Part shown: in pieces, positions 33,234 to 42,796 of the stretch
Numbering within the stretch: position 1 is the stretch's first letter
Layout: every line of letters starts with the position of its first letter
Assembly: GCA_017394805.1 (NCBI GenBank)
Contig: JAFPXC010000011.1
Span: 20,421-84,420 of the forward strand
From: Clostridia bacterium
GTDB lineage: Bacteria > Bacillota > Clostridia > Christensenellales > CAG-1252
DNA length: 64,000 bases
Reading direction: 5' to 3'
Made by a program: the position numbers and the translations under genes
The notes under the pieces: generated by a model
What the model saw: the letters and a program-made list of their open reading frames with translations, nothing else
The model's database searches: none
What the model was told of the DNA's origin: nothing

Positions 33234-34134
33234 ATACGCCTCCCATCATTCGTTCCGCCTCTTGGCAATCTTTCTCTATCTGCGCCGCCAATTCTTCCTT
33301 GGTGGCAAACGTCCGTATATCCCTGAGTCTTGCGTGCAATCGCACCTTTATCTCCTGCCCGTACAAGTCCCCTTGATAGTGCAACAGATAGCACTCCACG
33401 TTGACGCTCATATCTCCCAAGGTCGGGTGCGTACCCACATTGCACACGGCGAGATACCATCGGTCGATGACATACACCCCCGCAAGGTACACGCCCATAG
33501 CGGGCGTTTGACAATAGGGGTTCAAAGGGAAGTTGGCCGTGGGAAATCCCAACTTGGCGCCGTCCGCTCTGCCGTGCGTCACCGTGCCGACGAGGGTATA
33601 GGTGCGGCCGAGGTATGCGGAAACTTTTTGCATATCCCCCGCCTCGAGCGCTTTGCGAATGCCGAACGTGCCGATTTTCAGCCCGCCGTGGTCTTTGAGC
33701 AAGGGAAAAGCGCGAAACGCCACGCCGTGCGCGGCGCAATAACTCTGCAACTCCTCGATGCCCGCCACCGCGTTTTTGCCGAAGCGGAAGTCCTCTCCGC
33801 ACACGATGAGCGCGGGATTCGCCCGCATCAGCAAGGCAAAGAAGGCCTTGGGCGACAGCCCGAGATGGGCGCGGTCCGCCCGCATACTCACCACGTATCG
33901 CACGCCGTATTTCTCGGCGTAGTGCATACGGCTTTCCCACGTATAAATGGGCAAAGTTTCCAGCCCCAACGCGCCGTATAAATCCCCTTCGAACGTAAAC
34001 ATGGCAGGCACGTAGCCGCTCGCCGAAACGGCGGACAGCAACATTTGATGCCCCAAGTGGAAGGTATCGAAATAGCCCAAGGCAAGCGCCGTCTTTTTGG
34101 CAATATCCGCGTGTTCGATATCTACAATCTGCAT
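33226..34134 (-). CDS. ribF: Bifunctional riboflavin kinase / FAD synthetase
   Basis: ALGYFDTFHLGHQ in the FMN adenylyltransferase part and GFPTAN...LEVHLL-type segments in the kinase part. It sits after truB, as is usual. Confidence 0.9.
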   Translation of the reverse strand: MQIVDIEHADIAKKTALALGYFDTFHLGHQMLLSAVSASGYVPAMFTFEGDLYGALGLETLPIYTWESRMHYAEKYGVRYVVSMRADRAHLGLSPKAFFALLMRANPALIVCGEDFRFGKNAVAGIEELQSYCAAHGVAFRAFPLLKDHGGLKIGTFGIRKALEAGDMQKVSAYLGRTYTLVGTVTHGRADGAKLGFPTANFPLNPYCQTPAMGVYLAGVYVIDRWYLAVCNVGTHPTLGDMSVNVECYLLHYQGDLYGQEIKVRLHARLRDIRTFATKEELAAQIEKDCQEAERMMGGVYD

Positions 34135-34979
34135 ATTACTTTCAAAACGTCATCTTGGGAGTGCCCGATGGCGTAAGGCACGCCGCCGAGGTCTATCCGC
34201 GCGTATGGCTGGTCGATATGGATGGGGTACGGTACCCCGTTTTCTACGTTTTTGCGATACGTTTCGGGCACGTCGTACACCGCGAGATCACGCGCGAACG
34301 CCGCAAGGGGCACGAACCCGTTGGCCAAATCTTTTTCTACATCCGACAGGGCGACGGCGCCCTCTATCCCGAACTCACCCGAACGGGTGCGCACCAACTT
34401 TTTCATATAGCCTACCGTGCCCATAGCCCTCGCCATATCGCGGCAAATCGAGCGAACGTAGCACCCCGCCGAACAAGTGATATCGAAGGTAAACTCGCTA
34501 GCGTTGTGCGCTACCGGGTCTATCGACCAAACGGTCACTTCGCTTTGGGGTAAGTCCACGTCTACGCCCTGCCGCGCCAAATCGTACGCGCGACGGCCGC
34601 CAACGGACTTTGCGCTGTAGGCGGGCGGCGTTTGGCGTATAACGCCCACCTGTGACCGTGCGGCCGCCAGCACGCGCTCTGCGTCCTCGACGCGTTCGCC
34701 CGTCGCCGTCACGCGCCCCGCTCTATCCAACGTATCGGTCTCCTCGCCCCACACGAACGTGGCGCGGTAGGTCTTGCGCTTGTCGAGCATATAATTGAAC
34801 AATTTGGTGGCATTGCCCACGGCGATGGGCAAAACGCCCTCCGCCACGGGGTCCAACGTGCCCAGATGCCCCACCTTAAAACGCACGCCCGTCTTGGTGC
34901 GCAAAATACCGCGCAACTTGACGACCACGTCCGACGAAGTCATATCAGGGGTTTTGTACACGTTGTAAAATCCGTTCAC
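34122..34979 (-). CDS. truB: tRNA pseudouridine(55) synthase
   Basis: GFYNVYKTPDMTSSDVV and GHLGTLDPVAEGVLPI (catalytic Asp). The likely start is GTG 34979, which follows GGAGGG. The track's TTG 34994 is also possible. Confidence 0.9.
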   Translation of the reverse strand: MNGFYNVYKTPDMTSSDVVVKLRGILRTKTGVRFKVGHLGTLDPVAEGVLPIAVGNATKLFNYMLDKRKTYRATFVWGEETDTLDRAGRVTATGERVEDAERVLAAARSQVGVIRQTPPAYSAKSVGGRRAYDLARQGVDVDLPQSEVTVWSIDPVAHNASEFTFDITCSAGCYVRSICRDMARAMGTVGYMKKLVRTRSGEFGIEGAVALSDVEKDLANGFVPLAAFARDLAVYDVPETYRKNVENGVPYPIHIDQPYARIDLGGVPYAIGHSQDDVLKVICRL

Positions 34980-34990
34980 CGTTCCCTCCG

Positions 34991-35944
34991 TCAATCGGGA
35001 AGTTCTTTGCCGATGGCCTCGAGCAGCATATCAATCACGATGCCCTCGGACCCGCTCAACTGACAGCCCGCCGCACAGAAGTGCCCGCCGCCGCCGAAGG
35101 TATTGCACACGTTAGCGGCAGACACGGGTTTTTTGCTGCGGACGCTTATCTTGTAGCGTTCCTTATCTATCTCCACCATGCTCACGGCCAACACGATTTC
35201 TTCCGCGCGCATTATCTCGACCAACGGCCCCACCAGGTCGGCCGTGGTCACCCCGTATTTCGCCATCAATTCGCGTGTAAACACGATGACGGCCACGCGA
35301 TTGCCGAAGGCATATAATGCCTTTGCGTACGCTTCCGAACGGGCGCGGATAAACTTCAAACTCTGTTTGCGCAACTGCTCGTAGCATATCCGCTCGTTGT
35401 CGATGCCGTAGGCCAGCAACTTGGACGCCACGTAATGCGTGTGTTCGTCCACGGACGAATAGCTGAAGCCGCCGCTATCGGTCACCAACCCCGTATACAG
35501 ACATTCCGCCACCTCTTTATCGATATACGACAGGTAATATTCGGCCAAAAAATCGTACATATTTTCGGTGTTGGCGGCGCGCTCCACCACGTAGTCGACT
35601 TCCGTCATCAAATCGTGATTGAGATGGTGATCGATGCACACCGTATGACGGGCGGCTTTTACCGTGCGGCTCGCCTGCCCCAGCATATTGGGGCTGGCCA
35701 CGTCCACGCAAAAGGCCAAGTCGTACACGCGATCCAAGTCGCCTTTCGCAAAAATGTCAGCGTTGGGCAACGCTGACAAATCTTCGGGCAATGCGTGTTC
35801 GCATACGCTGACCACGTCTTTCCCCACGCGGCGCAACACGGCAACGAGCGCCAACGCGCTCCCGACCGTATCTCCGTCGGGATTGACGTGCGACACAACG
35901 GCCACCGTTTTGGCTTTGTCTACCAATCGTTTAATTCTCTCCAT
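34991..35944 (-). CDS. nrnA: DHH-family phosphoesterase (NrnA-like)
   Basis: SHVNPDGDTVGSALAL, CIDHH and the DHHA1-type GGGH near the C-terminus. Confidence 0.82.
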   Translation of the reverse strand: MERIKRLVDKAKTVAVVSHVNPDGDTVGSALALVAVLRRVGKDVVSVCEHALPEDLSALPNADIFAKGDLDRVYDLAFCVDVASPNMLGQASRTVKAARHTVCIDHHLNHDLMTEVDYVVERAANTENMYDFLAEYYLSYIDKEVAECLYTGLVTDSGGFSYSSVDEHTHYVASKLLAYGIDNERICYEQLRKQSLKFIRARSEAYAKALYAFGNRVAVIVFTRELMAKYGVTTADLVGPLVEIMRAEEIVLAVSMVEIDKERYKISVRSKKPVSAANVCNTFGGGGHFCAAGCQLSGSEGIVIDMLLEAIGKELPD

Positions 35945-36305
35945 CGTCCTCTCCTTCGGTTTTGATGGTCGCCGTGGCCTCGTCGATGATTTTACTCATG
36001 TGTGCGGCGTAGGCGATGGACGTGTCGTGAATAAAGGTCAAGGCGGGCAAGGTGCGGATCTTCACCCTCGTCTTCAACAGTTGACGGATAAAGCCCGCGC
36101 AATGGTTGAGCCCCTCGAAGGTTTCCTCGGCTTTGGCGGGGTCGCCCATATAACTCACGTACACTTTGGCATATTTCAAATCCGCCGTCGTGCGCACTTC
36201 CATCACCGTGAGCAAACTGCCGTCCACACGGGGATCGTTCAATTCGTGCAGCACGATCAGACTGATTTGATGACACAATTCACTATTAACTCTATCTATA
36301 TTCAT
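35931..36305 (-). CDS. rbfA: Ribosome-binding factor A
   Basis: 124 aa, with LNDPRV...VTVMEVRTTADLKYAKVYVS, located directly after infB. Confidence 0.9.
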   Translation of the reverse strand: MNIDRVNSELCHQISLIVLHELNDPRVDGSLLTVMEVRTTADLKYAKVYVSYMGDPAKAEETFEGLNHCAGFIRQLLKTRVKIRTLPALTFIHDTSIAYAAHMSKIIDEATATIKTEGEDDGEN

Positions 36306-36312
36306 ATCCTTG

Positions 36313-38952
36313 TCAATTCTCTATTTGCTCCATCACGTAGCACTCGATCACGTCGCCCACTTTGATATCGTTGTAGCGCTCCAGACCGACGCCGCACTCG
36401 AAGCCCTGCATGACCTCTTTCACGTCGTCTTTCACGCGGCGCAGGCTCTGCAACTTGCCCTCGTAAATGACCACGTTGTCACGCAGCAAGCGCACGCCCG
36501 CGTTGCGCTCTATCTTGCCGTCCGTCACGTAGCAGCCGGCGATGGTGCCCACCGAACTGATGTGGAAAACGTTGCGCACTTCGGCGTGTCCCAAGAGGTT
36601 CTCGCGGAACTTGGGCGCGAGCATACCCTTGAGGGCCATGTTGATATCGTCGATGACGTCGTAGATGATGCGGTAGTTGCGGATCTCGACCTGCTCTCTC
36701 GTCGCCGCCAATTTGGCTTTGGCGTCGGGACGCACGTTGAAGCCTATGATGATGGCCGACGAAGTGGCGGCCAACACGACGTCCGACTCGTTGACGGCAC
36801 CCACGCCCGAGTGAATGATGCTCACCTTCACTTCTTCGTTGGTCAGCTTCTTCAACTCCTGCGACAGTGCTTCCACCGAACCTTGCACGTCGGCTTTGAT
36901 GATGAGGTTGAGTTCCTTCATCTTGCCCTCGGTCATCTCTTTGAAGATATTTTCAAGGTTGTTATTGGTGCGTTTCAAGCGCTCGGCGCGCTCCTTGATC
37001 TTGCGCTCCTCGGCGATGGAACGAGCGAATTTCTCCTCCACCACCACGCATTGATCGCCCGCGTTGGGCACCGAGTCGAAGCCCAGCACGGACACGGGGA
37101 TAGAGGGACCGGCTTGCTTGACGCTGTTGCCCTTGTCGTCGAGCATCATCTTGATCTTGCCGGTCACGGCGCCCGCCACCACGAAGTCGGACACGTGCAG
37201 CGTGCCGTTTTGCACCAGGATAGTGGCCACCGAGCCGATATTCTTGTCGAGACGCGCTTCCAAAATGGTACCCGTGGCGGGCACTTTGGGATTGGCCTTG
37301 AGGTCGTTGATTTCGGCCACGAGAATGATATTCTCCAACAGCGTGTTGACGCCTTCGCCCGTCTTGGCCGACACGGGGATACAAGGCACTTCGCCGCCCC
37401 ACTCTTCGGGCACGAGGTCGTATTTCATCAAGTCGGTCTTGACGCGGTCGACGTTGGCGCCCGGCTTATCGATCTTGTTGATGGCCACGATGATGGGCAC
37501 TTTGGCCGCCTTGGCGTGGTTGATACTCTCCACGGTCTGCGGCATGATGGAGTCGTCGGCCGCCACCACGATGACGGCTATGTCGGTCACCATAGCGCCG
37601 CGGGCACGCATGGTCGTAAAGGCTTCGTGGCCCGGGGTGTCGATGAAGGTGATCTTCTTGCCGTGCAGGCGAATGGTATAGGCGCCGATGTGCTGGGTGA
37701 TACCGCCCGCTTCGCCCGACGCCACGTTGGCTTGACGAATGTAGTCCAACAGGCTGGTTTTACCGTGGTCGACGTGACCCATAATGGTCACGACGGGCGC
37801 GCGGGTCACGAGTTGCGACTCGTCCGCCACCTGCGTTTGCTCGATATAGGCGTTGAGTTTGTCCTCCAAGGTCTCTTCCAATTTGAGTTCCAAGGTCACG
37901 CCGAAGTCGATGGCCAACAGTTCCGCTTGCTCGAAGTCGATGCTGTCGTTGATGGTCTTGAATTCGCCGAGCATCAACAGTTTCTTGACGATCTCGCTGG
38001 CGGGGCGACCGATCTTCTCGGCCAACGTCTTGATGGGCACGGGGTCCACCGACACCACGGCGTACTCGATCTTGGTCGTTTCGCGCGTTTCCACCGTCTT
38101 GTTGGTGCGCTTTTTGAAACGTCTTTGCAGTTCGGCCTCGGACACCTCTTCCACGCCCTCTCTGCGGGCTTTGCGGCGCTTGTCTTCGCCCTCTCTGTCC
38201 TGCATATTGTTGTTTTTGCGTTGGTTTTGCTGCCCGCGCGCTCTGGGATTGTTGCTCTGCGGGGGCACGTACGTCGTACCCGCGGCCGGTTGCGGTCTAT
38301 CCGATCTGCCGCTCTGCTGTGCGCCTTGTCCGCTCTTTTGCAGCGGTTTCTTTTGCGTCGTGGGCGGCACGAATTTGCGCGGCTCCACCACGTTTTGCGC
38401 ACGGTAACTGCTCAGCCTCTCCTTTTCCAACTGCTCTTTGGTCTTGATGGTCGAGTTGGCGGGGATGAAGATGGTCTGCTCGGGCGGTTGCGCCTCCGCT
38501 TTCTTTTCTTCCTTGGCCTTTTGGGGCTTGACTTCCTCCGCCGCTTCCTCGGGGATAACGGGGGCTTCCTCTGCCGTTTCCGTCTCTTTCGCGGATTCCT
38601 CGGCGACGGCGGGCACGACTTCCTCTGCCTTCTCCTCGGCGGCCTTTTCCTTTTCGGCTTCTTCGGTCGCGGCTTTCTCGGCCTCTTCTTCGGCCTTCCT
38701 CGCCGCTTCGGCTTCGGCTTGCTCACGCTCCAATTCCCGCGCAAGTTCTTCCTGCTTGCGCAATATCTCGGCCGCGTCGGCCAAACGCTTTTCGATAATA
38801 CTCTCTTTCTTGGCGCGTATTTGTTGGAGCAAAGCGTCGGCCGCCTTTTTGGCGTCCTTTACCTGCGCCAAGAGCCCTTTGAAACTCTTGTCGTCCAATT
38901 CAAACAATGCCGTCAAATTCTTTGTAAAATCGTTTTGGTTTTGGTTACTCAT
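36313..38952 (-). CDS. infB: Translation initiation factor IF-2
   Basis: 879 aa. The G domain has VVTIMGHVDHGKTSLLD, DTPGHEAF and NKIDK. The N-terminus is Glu/Ala/Lys-rich. Confidence 0.97.
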   Translation of the reverse strand: MSNQNQNDFTKNLTALFELDDKSFKGLLAQVKDAKKAADALLQQIRAKKESIIEKRLADAAEILRKQEELARELEREQAEAEAARKAEEEAEKAATEEAEKEKAAEEKAEEVVPAVAEESAKETETAEEAPVIPEEAAEEVKPQKAKEEKKAEAQPPEQTIFIPANSTIKTKEQLEKERLSSYRAQNVVEPRKFVPPTTQKKPLQKSGQGAQQSGRSDRPQPAAGTTYVPPQSNNPRARGQQNQRKNNNMQDREGEDKRRKARREGVEEVSEAELQRRFKKRTNKTVETRETTKIEYAVVSVDPVPIKTLAEKIGRPASEIVKKLLMLGEFKTINDSIDFEQAELLAIDFGVTLELKLEETLEDKLNAYIEQTQVADESQLVTRAPVVTIMGHVDHGKTSLLDYIRQANVASGEAGGITQHIGAYTIRLHGKKITFIDTPGHEAFTTMRARGAMVTDIAVIVVAADDSIMPQTVESINHAKAAKVPIIVAINKIDKPGANVDRVKTDLMKYDLVPEEWGGEVPCIPVSAKTGEGVNTLLENIILVAEINDLKANPKVPATGTILEARLDKNIGSVATILVQNGTLHVSDFVVAGAVTGKIKMMLDDKGNSVKQAGPSIPVSVLGFDSVPNAGDQCVVVEEKFARSIAEERKIKERAERLKRTNNNLENIFKEMTEGKMKELNLIIKADVQGSVEALSQELKKLTNEEVKVSIIHSGVGAVNESDVVLAATSSAIIIGFNVRPDAKAKLAATREQVEIRNYRIIYDVIDDINMALKGMLAPKFRENLLGHAEVRNVFHISSVGTIAGCYVTDGKIERNAGVRLLRDNVVIYEGKLQSLRRVKDDVKEVMQGFECGVGLERYNDIKVGDVIECYVMEQIEN

Positions 38953-38956
38953 TCGG

Positions 38957-39265
38957 TTACTCTCTCCTCATACGGGCTAATTCTTCGTGTGCGGCGCGCG
39001 CCAGGGACGCGTCCGTCAATCCGATACATTTGCAACCCACGCGATGCACGCAGGCCTGCATGATTTCCTCGTCACACCAATCGAGCGGGATTTTGCGCTC
39101 GGCGCAAAAGGCTTCCAGTTCGTTTTTGGCGGTGCGGTTGATATTATCTTGCGCCATCACCGCAAGGACGCGTTTGCTCGATACGACGTTGTCGTATCCG
39201 TAGACGATTTTGCGGGCTTTGATGCTGAAGCCTATGTATGCCGTCAATTTAGAACTTGCTTGCAT
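38957..39265 (-). CDS. L7Ae-family RNA-binding protein (YlxQ-like)
   Basis: 102 aa, between ylxR and infB as in Bacillota operons. Confidence 0.75.
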   Translation of the reverse strand: MQASSKLTAYIGFSIKARKIVYGYDNVVSSKRVLAVMAQDNINRTAKNELEAFCAERKIPLDWCDEEIMQACVHRVGCKCIGLTDASLARAAHEELARMRRE

Positions 39266-39497
39266 ATTGCAAAACCTCTCGATACACTTCCTCGGAGCAA
39301 GCGCACTTGAACGCGCGGTTGACGAAGCGGGTTTTCACCCCCTTTCGTATACACTCGGGAGATTTGCAGATATAGCATCCTCTCCCCTGCGCTCTGCCGC
39401 TCTCGTCCACTTTTATCTCGCCCTCGGGTGTACGCACGATGCGCAGTAGGTCTCCCCGCTCCCGCATCGTCTTACACACGTGGCACATTCTTTCCAT
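39249..39497 (-). CDS. ylxR: YlxR/DUF448 RNA-binding protein
   Basis: RMCHVCKTMRERGDLLRIV...GRGCYIC matches the remembered DUF448 pattern. It lies after nusA. Confidence 0.85.
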   Translation of the reverse strand: MERMCHVCKTMRERGDLLRIVRTPEGEIKVDESGRAQGRGCYICKSPECIRKGVKTRFVNRAFKCACSEEVYREVLQYASKF

Positions 39498-39498
39498 A

Positions 39499-40557
39499 CT
39501 ACTCCTCGAAGATGCCGCCCATCGAGCTATAGGGCTTGATGTCGATCTTCCAATCGGTCAGCTTGGCGGCCAATCTCGCGTTCTGTCCCTCGCGGCCGAT
39601 GGCCAAACTCAGCATATCCTCGTTGACGTACACCGACGCCGAATAGGCCTCGCTGTTGACCTGCACGAAGGCGGCTTTGGCGGGGCTGATGGCCGCCGCG
39701 ATGAACTCCAAGGGATTGCTGCTCCAAGGAATGACGTCGATACGCTCGCCGTTGAGTTCCTTGACGATGGCGCCGATACGCGTGCCTTTGGGACCGATGC
39801 AAGCGCCCACGGCGTCCACGTCGGGATCCTCCGAATACACGGCGATCTTGCAACGATTGCCCGCCTCGCGCACGACCTTCTTGATCTGCACGACGCCCGC
39901 CTTGATCTCGGGCACTTCGGTCTCGAACATACGGCGCACGAAACCGGGGGAGGAACGGGACACCAACACCTGCGTGCCGTAGCTGTTGACCTTGAGGCGC
40001 TTGACGTACACCTTGATGACGTCGCCCACCACGTACTTCTCGCCCGCCAGCTGATCCTGCTGACCCATGATGCCTTCCATTTGGGTGGACATAATCTCGA
40101 CATACACGGTATTGCCTTCCACGCGTCTGACGATGGCGGCCAATATCTCGCCCTCTTTGTCGTTCATCTCTTCCAAAATCTGCTCTTTCTTGGCGTCGGT
40201 CAGGCGTTGCACGACCACTTGCTTGGCCGTTTGCGCGGCGATACGCGTAAACATCTTGGGGCTGATCTCGGCCGAGAGAATCTCGCCGACCTTGGCGGTC
40301 TTTTTCACTTTCTTGGCGTCTTCGAGGCTGATCTCCTTGTCGGGATCGACCACTTCGTCCACGATGGTCTGATAGACGAACACCTGGATCTTGAACTTGT
40401 CGGGCGACAGCTTGATCATGACGGGGCGATTGTCGCCCGTCTCTTTCTTATAAGCCGAACTGATACCCGCTTCCAAGGAAGAAATGAATACGTCCTTACT
40501 GATGTGCATCTCGCGTTCCAACTCGTCGAGAGCCTGGAAAAATTCTTTGTTTACCAT
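39499..40557 (-). CDS. nusA: Transcription termination/antitermination factor NusA
   Basis: 352 aa, with S1 and KH domains and GACIGPKGTRI in the KH GXXG region. Confidence 0.95.
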   Translation of the reverse strand: MVNKEFFQALDELEREMHISKDVFISSLEAGISSAYKKETGDNRPVMIKLSPDKFKIQVFVYQTIVDEVVDPDKEISLEDAKKVKKTAKVGEILSAEISPKMFTRIAAQTAKQVVVQRLTDAKKEQILEEMNDKEGEILAAIVRRVEGNTVYVEIMSTQMEGIMGQQDQLAGEKYVVGDVIKVYVKRLKVNSYGTQVLVSRSSPGFVRRMFETEVPEIKAGVVQIKKVVREAGNRCKIAVYSEDPDVDAVGACIGPKGTRIGAIVKELNGERIDVIPWSSNPLEFIAAAISPAKAAFVQVNSEAYSASVYVNEDMLSLAIGREGQNARLAAKLTDWKIDIKPYSSMGGIFEE

Positions 40558-40565
40558 ACGTCCTC

Positions 40566-41027
40566 CTAAAATACGATCACGGGCTTGATGACCGCGACGT
40601 CCTTTTTGTTGATTTTTATCTCTTTACCTTTGACGGTAATCGTAACGGTATCGTCGTCCCAGGCAGTCAGGATACCCACTATCTTCTTGCTGCCGTTTTG
40701 GGGCGCGTACAATCCAACCTCGACCTCGGTGCCCTGCTTCTTGCGGAAGTCGCGCTCGGTCTTGACGGGCCTGTCCAGCCCCGGCGAGGACACGTTGAGG
40801 TGATAGGCTTGCCCCTTGGTGGGGTCCGCCTCGTCCAATATGGGATCCACGGCGCGGCTCACTTTCTCGCAGTCGTCCAGCCCAACGCCCCCCTCTTTGT
40901 CGCAGTCGATGAACAAAGTCAAGGTCATGTTGCCGTACGATTTTTGATAGGTCACCTCGATAAGTTCGTAGCCCAAATCGGCCACGGTGCCTTCGAGCAA
41001 TGCGAACACGTCGTCTTTAACAGCCAT
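40566..41027 (-). CDS. rimP: Ribosome maturation factor RimP
   Basis: 153 aa, first gene of the nusA operon, with LNVSSPGLDRPL-type SSPGLDRPV. Confidence 0.9.
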   Translation of the reverse strand: MAVKDDVFALLEGTVADLGYELIEVTYQKSYGNMTLTLFIDCDKEGGVGLDDCEKVSRAVDPILDEADPTKGQAYHLNVSSPGLDRPVKTERDFRKKQGTEVEVGLYAPQNGSKKIVGILTAWDDDTVTITVKGKEIKINKKDVAVIKPVIVF

Positions 41028-41194
41028 AGTCCCTCCTTAAAATAAAGAGTGAGCCGAGGCCCACTCTCCCAAAAGTATTGGAATAGTACACACATAATAT
41101 AATATATATCCAACGAAAAATCAACTCTTTTACACCACTTTTTCGCCGAAAATCACGATTATTTGCCGAAAAATCTATGATTTTCAAAAAAAAG

Positions 41195-41223
41195 TTGCAT
41201 TCGGGCGGCAAAATGTGTATACT
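41195..41223 (+). promoter_or_regulatory. Promoter of the SRP RNA gene
   Basis: TTGCAT (41195-41200), a 17-nt spacer, then TATACT (41218-41223). Confidence 0.6.
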
Positions 41224-41228
41224 ATATA

Positions 41229-41500
41229 TGCTGCGCTATGTGGGGAGCTAGCGGTGCCCTGTAACTTGCAATCCGCTACAGCAAGACAGAACGCTTATCG
41301 AGGCATTTAGTATGGGAGGCTGACTTCGGCAAGGAGTGTTGATACTTGGGTCTTGTGCAACGACGCACTGCGAACCATGTCAGGGCTTGACGGCAGCAGC
41401 ATTAAACAGACCGTGTTGTGTGCCACGAGGTAGCTCAAGAGGAGCCACCTACCGCGGGATCGCTCCGGTGCTACTTGTCGGAATAAGTGCGCAGTATTCA
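41229..41500 (+). ncRNA. ffs: Signal recognition particle RNA, long (Alu-domain-containing) form
   Basis: The Alu-domain string GCGGTGCCCTGTAACTTGCAATCCGC matches the remembered Bacillus scRNA. The S-domain segments GTCAGGGC..GGCAGCAGC and GTGTGCCACGAGGTAGCT align with E. coli 4.5S GUCAGGUCCGGAAGGAAGCAGC and GUGUGCCGGGAUGUAGCU. The 5' CTGCGC (41231-41236) pairs with the 3' GCGCAG (41489-41494). The ends are approximate. Confidence 0.8.
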
Positions 41501-41508
41501 GCAAATAA

Positions 41509-41542
41509 CGGGTTGACCGATGGTCAACCCGCTTTTCGTTTT
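41509..41542 (+). terminator. Intrinsic terminator after the SRP RNA
   Basis: CGGGTTGACC-GAT-GGTCAACCCG followed by CTTTTCGTTTT. Confidence 0.75.
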
Positions 41543-41658
41543 GTAGGCAATATATCATTGCGCTTGCGCCCACGTCCCGACGAACGTCACATTTTGCCCG
41601 CTCGCGGTAAACGCGGATTTTTCCCGCACTTATGGTGCGGATTTCGCCGTATTTCGCG

Positions 41659-42483
41659 TTACTTCAGCGCGATATACACCGCCGGCACTACGCCCACGTA
41701 GTCGTCCGTGGTCATAATGCCCTCGACGTAACCGTCCTCGTCCACGTAGTTGGCGTAATAGTAGGTAAAGTCGCGCTTCTTGTCGTAGAAGGGAGAGCGT
41801 AGCCACCAGCCGCCCACGTCGTAGTGGTATTCGCCGCCCAAGTCGGACATCCGCAACCCCATCGCCAAGGCGTAATCGGTGGGCGCTTTCAATCTCGCCG
41901 AGTCGCCCTTCTTCTCCTCTTGCGAGAAGCCGTAGAGGGGGTTGGTCACGTCCTGCACGCTCAAAAGAAACACCTTGTCCTTGGTGTTGCGGCAGGCGCA
42001 GCGATTGACCATCATACCCGTAGAGGCGGCGCCGTTCGCCACCTTGACCTTTTGCACCATGGCCTGCTCTTCCTCGTCGAACGCCGCCGCGTAAAACACG
42101 TCGTACAGCCATTTGCGCACGGCGCTCCGCTTGTAGTTGTTGTGTTTGGGATTTTTCGGCTCCCATCCCTCGTAGCAATGCGCGGCGAGAATGCGCTCGC
42201 TCACGAGGAGCAACGCGCCCTTTTCCTCGCGCAGTACGCGCCACTTGATGGGCTCCACCTTGAAATAGTAGGTGCTCCCCGACGTCAGCGCCGCCCCCGT
42301 CGAAAACACGTATTCGTGCTCGAAGGGCTTGGCCGATTTTATTTCGGCGTAGTAGGCGCCGTCAGAGCCCAAGATATACCCTCTCGCGTCCTTTTGGTCG
42401 GTCAGTTGCACGTCCTCCCGCTTGACCGTCTGCGGGAACGCACCGAAGTAGACGTAACCGTCTTCTCTCTTTATCTTATCCAT
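41659..42483 (-). CDS. Hypothetical protein (DUF6273-like)
   Basis: 274 aa. The YFGAFPQ...EPIKWRVL...WWLRSP pattern matches my memory of DUF6273 proteins from Bacillota. Confidence 0.55.
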   Translation of the reverse strand: MDKIKREDGYVYFGAFPQTVKREDVQLTDQKDARGYILGSDGAYYAEIKSAKPFEHEYVFSTGAALTSGSTYYFKVEPIKWRVLREEKGALLLVSERILAAHCYEGWEPKNPKHNNYKRSAVRKWLYDVFYAAAFDEEEQAMVQKVKVANGAASTGMMVNRCACRNTKDKVFLLSVQDVTNPLYGFSQEEKKGDSARLKAPTDYALAMGLRMSDLGGEYHYDVGGWWLRSPFYDKKRDFTYYYANYVDEDGYVEGIMTTDDYVGVVPAVYIALK

Positions 42484-42496
42484 ATACGATATCCTC

Positions 42497-42796
42497 TTAT
42501 TCGTCGTCCGTCACCTTGGACAATGCCGCCAACGCGGCCCTCAACTCGGCGACCGCTTCTTCCAGCTCGCCGATACGGCGGTTGAGGTGCTTGACGGCTC
42601 TATGCCAATCGTCGCGCTCCTCCATCTCGCCCACTTGTATCTCCTCGTCTTTCTCGTTGCGCACCTCTTCGAGCACTTCCGCCGAGGCGAAGTCCGCGCC
42701 GACCACCGCGCCGCCCAATACGATTTCTTCCTCGTCGTTATCGGCGGGCGTAGGTGCCAATTCTTCTACGTTCATATCGTTCCAATCGTCTTTCAT
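42497..42796 (-). CDS. Acidic hypothetical protein (99 aa), predicted leaderless mRNA
   Basis: I took the start at ATG 42796 (MKDDWNDMNVEEL...), which lies 7 nt after the -10 of a TTGAAA-17-TGgTATAAT promoter. No RBS is present. Confidence 0.5.
   Translation of the reverse strand: MKDDWNDMNVEELAPTPADNDEEEIVLGGAVVGADFASAEVLEEVRNEKDEEIQVGEMEERDDWHRAVKHLNRRIGELEEAVAELRAALAALSKVTDDE

Noticed and set aside
38412-38744. Tandem-repeat-like GAA/GCC periodicity in the infB 5' region, and the PEPEPEPEP-coding stretch near 14390-14420
   Set aside because: These are low-complexity coding sequence (Glu/Ala/Lys-rich IF-2 N-terminus, Pro-Glu linker), not non-coding repeats or mobile DNA.
36310-39063. 917-aa plus-strand ORF, the longest in the region
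   Set aside because: It is exactly antisense to infB, which has unmistakable GTPase motifs. Its translation is low-complexity and rich in Gly, Arg, Leu, Val, His and Asp, as expected for the reverse strand of a high-GC gene. It has no RBS.
41307-41701. ORFs 41307..41573 (-) and 41336..41701 (+)
   Set aside because: They overlap the SRP RNA gene and its terminator, have no RBS, and their translations are implausible.
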